A DNA stretch of 64,000 nucleotides from Paraspadella gotoi (lineage: Eukaryota > Animalia > Chaetognatha), in NCBI GenBank assembly GCA_051294375.1, contig CM119263.1, forward strand, positions 18,748,628 to 18,812,627. The letters run 5' to 3'. Every line of letters starts with the position of its first letter. The first letter of the stretch is position 1. Below the pieces are notes generated by a model. The model was given only the letters and a program-made list of their open reading frames with translations, did no database searches and was not told the origin of the DNA. This document shows, one piece after another, positions 15,039-26,912 of this stretch. Both the position numbers and the translations under genes were made by a program.

Positions 15039-16814
15039 AGAAATCTCGTGTCTCTGAAGCCGAAGAAAATAAGAACAAACGAGGGAGAAAGACTGCGACG
15101 ACAAAGAAGAGGAAGAGAAGGAGGAAGAGGAGGAGGAAGAGGAGGAGGAAGGGCAGGAGGAGGACGAAGGAAAAGTATGGAGGACGGAAAGAGTTTTTTT
15201 TTTATTTAAAAAAAAATTGTTTCGTTTTTTTTCAAAGGCTCATTTTTCCAATTGAGGAATTTTTCTGGGCCACTGATGCATCGATGGTGTGGGCGTTGGC
15301 CTTTGCGGTCGTTTGTTTTCATCTCAACCGCATCTGGTTGGCACCAAAAGAGGTTGGCGTCGATGCCACAGCGGACTCAAAGAGCGCCGGTAATGAGGGG
15401 CGCCACGAAAAGCAGATGGCAACCAGAAATCACATTGAAACAGCTGCAATCATAAGGTCATGCAGTCTGGATCCATGAAAAAGTAAATAATATTTATAAG
15501 GAATAACCTACGTAAATGGTGATCGTGCCTTGTGCCTTGTGCAACCGAAACACATCGGCCTTTGGGCCTCGAAATCTATCGGGGCAGATATAGAAAAAAA
15601 ATGACCGAAAAGGATTTAGAGTCAACTGTGGCTTCAGTAACGAAAAGAGAAAACCGAATCCGATAACAACCACCAAAAGAATCCCTTATATAATATATTT
15701 ATATATATCCACGGAAATAGTACATAATCAGTAAATATATGAGTGTTTTCGTTTCGTTCCACAAAATGGTTTCGTTATAATGAGTCTGCTCTTTAATATG
15801 AATTTCCTTTTGATCTGCTTTTCCCACGCGATTGCGAGACTCGTCTTTCGAGCGCCTCTCGTTGCAACGTCAGCCTTTCCAAGTCAAAGACGAATCCATT
15901 CATCCTTTTTTATGGGTCAATCGTTAAAAATACAGAATGAGGACGAAGACGTTCCAAAGGAGATGATTTCGGACCGTGAGTTCTTCGGCTCAACGCCGTG
16001 GTAGAAGAAAAATGCTGGTCTTAACAATTTTATCTTGCATACTAGATGATGACAAAATATTTTTTATTGCTTATATCTTATGGACGTCGATAGCCAAAAA
16101 GAAAAACTACTGAATAGAACTGAGGATGAACCATATGGCTTGCAGATAGTCATTTCGGTTGGATCAATACGTACATGGATAAATTAATTGTCTCTGACTG
16201 AATTCAAAGACGCTGAATTGATTACTAAGGTTGATTTTTATATGTATTTCATATATATATTGAAAATACTTGTTGAGTGACACGCCCCAAATGTGTGTTA
16301 GGCGGTCACCGGGCCATAACGTTTGAATCCCGAGGGGAATGACGTGACTGCGGCTCCAACGACGAGTGGTTGGTGGTTTTTTCAATCTACCTCAATATCG
16401 ATTTATATTTAGTACATTGACACTTTTTTGATCACGATGTATTAAAGAGTAAACAGTAAAACAACAATGTTAAACCAGCTCCAACTACGAGCAACTTACT
16501 ATACTGCCCCAAAATTGTGTTGTTGTTTTCGAACTTAAATAATTCAAATAAAGATGTAATTGGCGAATAAGTTATTTCGGTCGAGGTACATATACAATTA
16601 ATACAATTATACATATTACATAATACATATATCTCGTAGGATTAAGTCCATAAATAATGACTCAGAGTCGCCGGTTGGAGTCAGACGGGCGCAAGATGAC
16701 CGGTCGGGTCGCCACGATACAAATGGCAGGAAATAAGCCTCCGGTTTGCCTTGAGTTGTGCCACCCATTAGTCATTTCATGACGAGGACCCACGAGAGAA
16801 AGAGGGAGAGGGAG

Positions 16815-16865
<51 letters not shown>

Positions 16866-18498
16866 TTTGAAGAGAAAAAATTTCTTATTTCGTTTCAGCT
16901 ATCATTCAATAAATTCATTTCGTTCGTTTATAGATATATGATCAAAGTGAAAATCGATAAATTAAATGAGTGAATGAAATTTTCGTTTCTCTTTTACTGC
17001 CATTGCCAAAATAGAGGACGCGAAGCATGAGTGCAAATTATGGAGGAAGAGAAACGGAGGACGAAGAAAAAGAAGAAGAAATTGAAGAGGACAAATCAGG
17101 AGAGGAAGAAAGTGAAACAGTGGAAGAAGGAAACGGAATCGGGCAACAAACATCTGAAGCAAAAACAATTCGAACGCAGAAGAGGAGAAAAAAAAAGAAA
17201 AAAAAGAAAAAATAAATGTAGGAAAATGAAGAGAAAACATTTAATGGATGATAACGCGGGCACGTGAATTTTGTAGACGAACAAGAAAAGCGGAACACTT
17301 GGAATCGACGGTTGAGTAGGATGAAAAAATTATATTGTAAAGCGTGAGTGGGTTTTTTTTATTCCAGCTGTTGAAGAAAACAATCGATGAAAGAGATAAC
17401 TAAGAGTCCATTCGTTATCTTATCAAGCAATTTTCAAAAACCTTTCCACATACGGTATGTTTAATTGTTTATGTTAAATTTTAAAATAAAGAGAAATATA
17501 TAAAAAAAAACGAAAAGCGCTATGGAGAGAGAGAGGCGACGAGGACGACGAAAAGTCGACGTCGTTTGACGAAGATCGCGCGCGCTCGCGAAGATTCGAC
17601 GACGCACGCGCGATGACAGGAGGAGAGCGGCGAACGCGAGCGGCGAACGCGAGCGGTAGAGACGAACGCGAGCGGCGAACGCGAACGCCGAGCGGTGAAC
17701 AAAGAAATTCGCAGCGAACGAACACGAACTAGAACGAAAGGAGATTTAATGCGAAAAGGAAAGAACTGATTCGCGACGATCAGCTGATACAGAGATGACA
17801 AATCTTTGTAGTAGAAAGAAGAAATTTATAATTGAGAGGATCTTGGTGGCGTAAAGAGAGACAGAGCAAAAGAGACAGATAGATGTTAGTGATATGGAAT
17901 AGTTATTATTTAATTTTAGTCAACTGGTCAATTTCTTAATTTTTTTTTCTAGTAATAAACTCCTGCTCTGCTCAGAGTTTTTGCAAAAGATTATCTCAAA
18001 GCGGTGACCTTTTATCCAACTATTATCGCTGTTTTTTTGCTGAACCTCTTTTCTTCTAAAAAAAAAAACACCGAGGATGTTTTGCACATTATCGATAGGT
18101 CGTTAAAGGCCGCTCGCCACGCCCCCGAACCTACTTCCTCGCTCCGGTCGACCCCGTCACCTTTTTTTTTTCTTTTTTCTTTTTAAATCTTCTTCCCTGC
18201 GCCTCCCCTCACTCGCCCCCCCCCCCGTCTCGCTCTCCCACGTCTTCCTTAATCCATCTCGCCCCAGTTTGCGTTAGCGCAGGTGCCGCGGAATAGAACG
18301 ACGCTCCATCTGCTTGATGACGATCTTCTAAAATTAGAATCTCTCTCTTCTCTCTCTTCTCTCTCTTCTCTCTCTCTCTCTCTCTCCTCTCTCTCTTCTC
18401 CCTCTCTTTCTCTCTATTTCTCTCTCTCTACCTCTTTCTCTTTCTCCCTCTCTCTCTCTCTCTCTTTTCTCTCTCTCTCCTCTCTTTCTTCTCCCTCT

Positions 18499-18582
<84 letters not shown>

Positions 18583-19054
18583 ATGGACTCGAAGAAATTT
18601 CAGTGGCGGGCCGTGGTGTAGTGGGAGGAATGAGAAGAAGTTCCGCAAGGAATTAAAAAAAAAAAGACAAATAGAAACAAATGATCCTTTGAAAGAGTAC
18701 AAGCCAATAGTTTGTAGTACAGTAAAAGTTTAGTACTTAGTAATCTTAATACTTATGAAATATCAAAAAGTATTAAAATAACAGAAAAAATACAAAAACT
18801 TTATTATTTTTCTTTTATGACAACGAATTAAATTCTAATGAATAGTAGTATAGTATAGTATAATAATAATTGCTCATAGAAAAGAGTAAAAATGTCACCG
18901 AAGGGAAAAGCGAAAGTAAAGGACTGAAAGATACGATGCTTTTATTTTAGTATAATGTGTTGCGGTTGTCACAAAAGAATTTTTTTTCGGAACATTAAGC
19001 CTTAAAAAAGGGTGGGGGATTAGGGAGAAATTAGAGCCTCTCGAGGGGTTTAAG

Positions 19055-19185
<131 letters not shown>

Positions 19186-20040
19186 AAAAAAGAGAAAAAA
19201 TTGTAAATTTTATGACAGGATTATCTTTTATAACCTCTCACAATTTATATCGCTCTTAAAGAGGTCTCTTTTAATTGCTATGACAAAGTTTAATTCGTGA
19301 GAATCATAGCCAGCGAAAAATAACAAATATTCAAGGTTAAATATCCTTTCTTCGGACCTAATCGAAAGCAGGTAAAATTCGAACTCGAACTCTTGATCCG
19401 GTTGTTTGTTGAATCATGCAAACATACAATATACAAATGATTAAATGAAACAAACGTCAATAATCAATATATCAAATCAAAGCTCTAATTAATCAGAATA
19501 TGAAAATGTAATTAATATCAATAAACATGAAACAATTTTTGAGATATTACTTAAAATGTAATACTTTTCATAATTCCGAAATCATACAAAGTTTGTGCCT
19601 CTTTTCGCGATTCGCGATTCGCTGGTTTTTGCTAATTCTCGCGAATCAGATTCGAAGCTGAAAACTTTACTCGAGTCGTTGTTCCGATGGGACCAGCGTC
19701 TTCATTCTTACTATTAAGTAAGAGACCCAAATTTGTATATTTAAATTGAGTTATTATACCGAAATTTACTTTTAAATCTAATGCTACATTACGCACTGCT
19801 GGCACACATATCATATGACGCGTTAGCAGTTGCCGAATTTGTCGATATCCGAGCTATCAAAGTAAATATAGGAAGGGAAACTCGTCAAATAATAACGTAC
19901 CCGGCGAAAAATGAGCAAATATAATTTTACATCAATTGTGGAAAAAGTTATAGGTAGTAGTAAAAACAGTTTCCAAAACGCAGAATAGTAGTAAAGTGGA
20001 GCTTTTAAAAATACATCTGTATAGGATGCTTTTTTTAGTT

Positions 20041-20144
20041 GTGTTTTTAGAGGCAAAGTTTTTATTTGATTCAACACCGAGATTTTTATTTAGAAATAAA
20101 AATCTCGTTGTTGAATCAAATAAAAACTTTGCCTCTAAAAATAC
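20041..20144. repeat. Near-perfect ~104-bp palindrome (foldback/MITE-like core)
   Basis: Arms 20041-20091 and 20094-20144 are reverse complements with 2 mismatches and a 2-nt loop (AG). Confidence 0.9.
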
Positions 20145-21692
20145 ATCTTAATTTTTTGGTATAATTTTTCAAGTTGATCAAGTTTAAAACTAGGATTTAA
20201 CAATTATTATATTGAATCTTGTTTCTCAATTTTTTACGTACATTTTACGTACGCTGCCGGAATCAATCCTTTTCATTTAAAAGGTGGAACAATCGACAAC
20301 CATAACCCATCGAAAAGACTAAACTTATTTTCTTTCTACCTCTTTTTTATTTTTCATCTTTTTTCCCCCAATATTTTCCTAGCTTTATATGAAAGAAACA
20401 GAACAGCTTAAGAACGGAGCAAAAGCGAAGTAATTATCCTCTCAATTAAGTTAATTATTACGAAGGCCGCTTTCGTCCGAGATCACAGATCATCTCAAAT
20501 ATTGCTTTTGGCCTTTTTTTTCTCGAGCTAATTTCATGGTTATTTTCATCGCAAGAGAACTGATTTTTCTTGACAAAGCTTTTTCCATGACTTCATCATT
20601 TTGTTAATAAAACATCCGCAACTGAAGCAGAATTGTGTCAAAGCGATCTCGATAAGGTTCGGCATATTTCTTTAAGGGGACGAAGACGAGAGGACGCGAA
20701 GACTTTATCAGAACTTTTGATTTACAAAATTCGTTGTTAAATAAATAAATATGTCAAATACAAATACGTTTTGATCAAAACTAAAGCCAAGTACATATTA
20801 TTATCTAAAATCAAAAGAATGTTGATTCGTTCTGTCCAATTTACCACTTGACATCATTTGTGTCTCACCTTTACCGAAGACTGAAGGAAGGATCAGACAA
20901 AAAGTTCGCAGCAGTATATTTATATTAGGTTTAAGCTTGAAAAAACTTTTGGAACCCCAAAAATTTATTCAGGCTGTGGTTCGTATACTTCTTAGAACAA
21001 AAAGTTCTCTAGTTTTTATATATATATATTTTTTTAAATGGACGATTATTTCAAATTAATATATTCATAAGCTTAAGTGTTCATTCATAAGTTTTTTCAA
21101 CAATACAGCTACAAATACCGATTTAGCACATTTATCATTACAATTAACATATCACTATTTGTAGTAAACTTTTTTTGCTAAAAAGGAGCAAAAGTTTTCC
21201 AGGTCGCTCCAGAAGACCGGCGACCCGCATCTCGTTCAAGGTCGTTGACTTGCCAAAGATCGTGACCTTTGTTCTTTACTTGTAGTCATTCATTCTCTTT
21301 TCACTTTCTCAGTCGTTCGACCGGTTGATATTCATTCCCCGTCAAGATCTAAGTCCAAACTCCAAAAATGTCTCATAAATATTTCACATTCATTCAAAAA
21401 CAATCCGAAACACTCTTTCTCCGCGAATAACTATTTCAATAATAGTTTTTTCCAAACAGCAAAAAGTATTGTATTGTCTTGTATTGTTTTGTATTTCAAA
21501 GAAAATATTATGATTAATATTTTGCTATTGTTTGAAACCGTTCTTATTACAAAATTTCCTATTCTTAAATTTCTCCTTGTAGAATAATAATGCATTATAA
21601 AAGTCGAATTTTTAAAAATATTTATTCGATATTCAAAATGTTTCAATAACTTTTTATTTTCAGAAAAATCCTTTAAACTTCCTTCAAACAAG

Positions 21693-24600
21693 ATGTCGAC
21701 GAATGCTCGCTTCGAAGGGATCGTCCACGCTGACTTGGAGGCCGTCTGGGCTTCCTTCCGTGGCTTTGGTCGCTCAACCCTCGACTACTGGACCATTCTT
21801 AAGAACGTGACTCTTAAGGGCACCGAAGACGTGCTGGGCGTGGAGAGGGTTTTGACGTCGAGTCGAAACGCCATCACGGAAAGGCTGGAGTCACGTGACG
21901 ACGAAAAACACGTCATGACGTACTCTCTGGTTGGCATCGCTTTTATAAATTTCCCAAATTCAGAAACAATCTCTGAATCTGAATTTAATTTGAGTTAATT
22001 TATATTCAATTTATGATCTGTTAAATATTGTTGCCCTTGAGAAATTTTAAACCCTTATGGTGGACTAAAATCCACCATCCGTTCATCAGCGGCCCTTGGT
22101 GCAGGAGGCAAGTTATTCGCCTCCCAACCCAAAGGTCCGGGGTTCTAGCCCGGTGGTCGCCTTGCAGTTAAGAGGGACGGGTCGCTTAACCCGCCTGTAA
22201 CACGGAGTTACAGCCTGATCCGAAGCTGAGGGACTGCTTATATTGAACGGTTCTGTAACTAATACACAACAATCATTACTGTCTCTTCACCCTTCAGGTT
22301 GGGATCGACCCCAATCCAGGCTTAAATAGTTACCTGACGACAGCAACCTTGACAGAGACGTCTGCTGGCACGACGCGTATCGTAATCGAGTGCAGCGCCG
22401 AATGTTCCAACATTCTGGTGGCCTCTGGTTTTCGCAACAGGCTGGAGACCGTTTCTTATCCGGCCATCGTGAAGGGCCTTAATCTCCTTCACAATCCCGT
22501 CGTGGCCTTTCTCACGATTCGCGATGTCACTGGTTTTAAGATTCCCAAGATGGACAAGTTCTCGGAATCGGATCCTTATGTGAGATTTTCGATAATGGAT
22601 GAAAAGGGTAAGTTCTCTGATGAATTCTGGTTTGCATTTTAAAATTTAAAGTTTTCTCTCACTCAGTATGATTTTTAAGACAATATGCAAATGAGATATT
22701 TATACTAACTTTTATATAAAAAAATTGAAACATGGTTTTACGGGCTTTTTAATGTCGTTATTCCCCCCCAAAAATTGTATAATCGCGGTTTAATGTTGCT
22801 TCTATGGTTTACTTCGGGGAGTTGTTATTTGAAACAATTCCTTTTTTTTTCCGTGAGGTTCCGTCATGGAAACAAAAAGCACCTGTTGTTTAAACAACGA
22901 TCCCAACCCCATCTGGTTCGATGAGATCAACTTTTGCGTCGGCAAAAACTTCGATCGTCTAAGAGTCGAAGTTTATGACGCTGATTTTATGGACGACGAC
23001 GATTTCATTTTCGGCGGGGAACTCATCGTCGGCGAGATCAAAGCGAAACTGGAAGAAAAGGAAAAGGAGAAAAAGGAAGGAAAGGAAAAGGAAAAAGCGG
23101 AGGAAAAGAAAGAGAAGAAAAACAGCATGGAACCGGGTCTTTTCGCCATTTTGGAAAAGGGAGACGCCAAAGGTGCTCGAGTCGAGTTCAACGTCGAGTT
23201 CCTTCTCAGCGAAGGCGTCGCTTTTAACAACATCAACTCCATCGCTTTGCTGGAGAAGCAACAGAACGCGTTGAGAATGATGAGCACACTGGAGGAAACG
23301 AAACAGGCCATCCTCGCCATGCTGCTGCGTTTCGCCGCAGAGCCGCATCACGTGATCGGATTCGATCGATTGAAGCTGGGCTCGCACGATTTGCCAGAAA
23401 TCCCGGGTAAAACTATTAATCTTTATAACATTGTATATTTTTTAAAACATAATAAACGGCTTAAACATAATTTAAATCTTCCTTTAGGATTATGTCAAAT
23501 CCTTCCGATCGACAGAATGCCCAAGCCAAAACTGTTTGCCGGTCTGTTGCGTCGTATGATGGAAGTCGTGTACAGCTTGTCAGGATCCAACCAACGCATG
23601 GAGAACGAATGGACGGCCTTATTCAATCCGGACTACGTTCCCATACCTCATACTGTGGAGATGCTTTCGCTCTGTTGGAAAGACGACGCGGAATTCTGCA
23701 GACAGTTCTTCCAAGGCATCAATCCGCTTCAAGTGAAAGTTGTCGAGAGCGTCGAAGAAATACCGAAGGTTAGTTCGAACAATTAATTTATAATTCACCG
23801 ATCAGCGATCAGTAGGCGATATTTCATTACGTCATTATCATAAAAAAAATTGAATTACCTTTACAGGAAATGAGATCTTTGAAAACCCTGGACGACTCAA
23901 CTCCGATCAAAGAATTAGTGGCCGCAAAAAAGCTGCTTATCGCTGATTTTCACCTATTGGCTGACATTCCTGGACGCAACATGGAAGAAGGCGGCTTTTA
24001 CAAAAATCCAACTCGACCTGAAATTCTGTATTATGCACCAATCGCTCTGTTCTACCGGTATGGTTGGTCTAGTAAATTCTAGTAAATTTTATATACAATA
24101 ATAAAAGAAATTAATCTAAAGAATAAGTTGTGTTAAATAATTGTGGCAATAACGTATAGTGTTATTTCTTTTTTTATTGAAATAAAGGTGTGAAGAAGTC
24201 TTTTCAACCGGACACAACCTGCGTGTTCTTGGGATTCAGTTGACACGATTCGAGGACAAAGAAAACCAAGTCTTTACTCCAAATTCGAATTCGGCCAAAT
24301 GGCTCTACGCCAAGATGATCGTGCAAAATGCGGACGCCCAGGTTATTAGAAAAAAATCTATAAAAGTATATACATTATTTTTTTAAATAATCTTAAGTAC
24401 TTGTCGTTTATTTCTTCATTCATGCTAGATGATGCAATTCGTGAATCATATGGGCATCGCGCATTTTTGTCTCGAGCCAATCGCAATCGCTTTCCACAAC
24501 TGGAAATTTGGTCTCGATTCAGAAACTTATCAGAACTCAACAGTCTTGAAAATGTTGGGTCCTCACCTCGACAATGTGCTCGGAATCAACTGGTTGGGAA

Positions 24601-26602
24601 AAAAACTTTTAATTGGAGAAAGAATTTCTGTCTCCGATAGGCTTGGGCCTGGTAAGGAAGTTATGTTTGTTTGCTAAGTTATGTACTGTGGCGGTATATT
24701 CACACCGCCTCACGTCCACCATCCTTCAGCCAAATCCATTGGCTCAGAGGGGGAACACACCATCCCAAGCGTAGTGTTCCATCCACAGTCCTCACGACTT
24801 CCCTCTGCGTTGGCAAAGCGAGACCGTCCTAGGGTAACAACCCCCGTGACTGGAGGCGTCACTAAGGGACGGAAGCCCCCAAAGCCAACAGTGAGATGCC
24901 CCATCCCAATGGGCATCACAGGCAACCCGGCTGTTGCCATAGTACGAAAATAAAAAGAATGACGACAAACTTTATTTTAGAAAAAAATGTGACATTGTGA
25001 AGCATGATGCCTCACTCTCGTTTACTAATTTTTATTGTCTCTCAGTTACTCAATTAATTTACCGAGTCACTTCTTGACTCTTTCTTTTTCTCTCTTTTTT
25101 CAGTACCAGTACATATGCCCGTGTTCATCCGTTAAGGTACGATCGGCGGGGTCCAGATGCTGAATGAGGCGATGAAATCTTTGGATTACGATGACTTCGT
25201 CTTTCCTCGCAGTCTCGCCAAACGAGGCTTCGGCACCTCGGCGGAGGACGACGGATTCAAGGGATACTACTATAGAGAAGACGGCTGGCTCCTCTGGAGA
25301 ACTTTGAAAAAGTCAGTTCGATTCTTTGAATTTCGAGGCAACCAAAGATTTGAGCATCGTTAGACTTTGACGAACATGAAATTTATTTCAATTTAGTATT
25401 TAAAGCCGAAACTAATCAACCTTTCAACGCGATAATTTCTCCAGATACGCTTCCACCGCCGTCGATGCGACCTTCGAAGAAGATGGCGACGTTGCTAACG
25501 ATAAAAACTGGAAGAAATTCGTCGACGATGTTGCTGACCCGAAACTAGGAAACTTGAAATTTTTTAGGTAATAAGTGACTATTGACTAATCTCTTGTCAA
25601 TAAATTCTCAAAGAATTAAGATGAATTCGATAATTTCATTACAGAACCAAGGAACCCAACGTCTCTGGTGACAAGTGGGAGGGGATGAAGATCGAATCCA
25701 AAGAATCCTTGACGGAATTGTTGACAGCAATCATGTACCAAGCATCGGCTTTTCACGCCGCGCAGAACAATGGGCAGTTTGAACACTTCAGTTTCGCGCC
25801 GAACAAACCAAACTCTATCAAGGTTTATGAAAATTTTATTTCATATAAAGAATGATACAGTAGCATACATCAGCAACAAAATAAACCCAACAAATAAAAA
25901 AAAATTAAGAGGTTAACGCGAAGGAAAACTATGCTACGAGATCATTTCTATATTTTCATAGAAATAAGACAAAACTTTATTTTTCATCAAAGTTAATAGT
26001 TTTATATGTTTTTAAAATTAGTTTACATTTATAGAGTGACTGTATTTTTGCAGCTGGCCATGCCGCCCGCGAACGCGGAGTTAAAGTTAGAGGACGTCAT
26101 GGCTTCAATGCCTGACTTTCGTGAACGGGCTACGACCTGTTTCCTTATACACGCGCTCACGCTGCCCACTGATGAGCCTATGTCCAAAGTCACGGCGCTC
26201 AAGGTACGCATCTTTTTATTTACCAAAGTTTATTAAGTATATGTAAACTCTTTTTTGAGATAAATATAAATATAAATGTGCAGATGTTAAAAGATTTGAT
26301 TACTTGGTACTTGAGCAAAATGAAATTTTATCAAGTTCGTTGTACTTATGCAGAGCTAATGACATTCCACAGTACTTTTCATTTAGTACTAAGGTTAATT
26401 CAACATTTAAACGTGTAATTATTGCGATTTTATGACTTTCTTTTTTCAGGATCTCCTTCCGAACGCTCACGATGAGCTGATGGCCGACCTCGATGTCATG
26501 AAGTCAACGATCGAGGAGAGAAACGATGCCATCAAATCCAACGATGGAATAACTTACGGCTATTTCCATCCTGACGTTTGCAACGCCTCTGTGGATATTT
26601 AA
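21693..26602 (+). CDS. SRPBCC(START/Bet v1-like)-C2-lipoxygenase fusion protein, 12 exons, ~907 aa
   Basis: Exons 21693-21929, 22298-22607, 22858-23406, 23488-23768, 23867-24057, 24188-24341, 24429-24651, 25137-25311, 25445-25567, 25645-25822, 26054-26203, 26450-26602 join via GT-AG introns into one open frame (2724 nt). LOX motifs: WKDDAEFCRQFFQGINP, WLYAK..NADAQ, NHMGIAHFCLEP, YYYREDG.LLW, ASAFHAAQN, C-terminal SVDI*. C2 motifs: MDKFSESDPYV, PNPIWFDE, VEVYDADFMDDDDFI. N-terminus: AVWASFRGF..GVERVL..ITERLESRDDEKHVMTYSLV..TRIVIEC (polyketide-cyclase/PYR-PYL-like SRPBCC pattern). Confidence 0.92.
22041..22289 (+). mobile_element. tRNA-derived SINE-like element (family A, copy 1) in LOX intron 1
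   Basis: tRNA-like head 22089-22160 (A box TGGTGCAGGAGG, CCC anticodon loop, B box GGTTCTAGCC, GCGGCC/GGTCGC stem). The whole block recurs in reverse complement at 34278-34528. Confidence 0.85.
22164..22237 (+). ncRNA. Type-P5 twister-ribozyme-like motif (P2/P4 imperfect)
   Basis: P5 GCAGTT/GACTGC; GA-CGG..TAA-CCC-GC; P3 TGTAAC/GTTACA; loop TCCG-AAG-C, whose CCG can pair with CGG (T1). Confidence 0.6.
24690..24955 (+). mobile_element. SINE-like element (family B) in LOX intron 7
   Basis: GC-rich island in an AT-rich intron. Shares GCCTCA..TCAGCC, GTGAC..GTCACT, GAGAT..ATCAC and GTTGCCATA blocks with the elements at 56319-57066 (-). The tRNA-like head is degenerate. Confidence 0.75.
24809..24889 (+). 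ncRNA. Type-P5 twister-ribozyme-like motif (degenerate P2/T2)
   Basis: P5 GTTGGC/GCCAAC; GA-CCG, mini-P1 TCCTAGGG, TAA; P3 GTGAC/GTCAC; P4 GGG/CCC with loop ACGG-AAG-C (CGG pairs with CCG). Confidence 0.5.
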
Positions 26603-26881
26603 TCGCAACGTTTATTGTGGCGATTACCTTTCCGAAATTGATAACAAAAGGATGAGAAAGTTAAAAGTAATGCATTGTTACTATGTCGCTTAGTCATCAA
26701 AATGTTTTTTGTTAGTATGTACTACGACTTCGGCTTTTATGTTAACTCATTTACATATGGAATCCCTTTTTGCTATAATATATTTCTTAGGCCAGAAAAT
26801 TGCGTTGCTGTCCATGATAAAACCAACCAATCCCATATCGACCTCGGAAACGTCGCGCTACGAAAATGGAATATGACAGGC

Positions 26882-26912
<31 letters not shown>

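Noticed and set aside
25095-25103. Strong-looking TTTTTTCAG acceptor for LOX exon 8
   Set aside because: Using it gives an in-frame TAA at 25133; the AAG ending at 25136 keeps the frame and LOX similarity.
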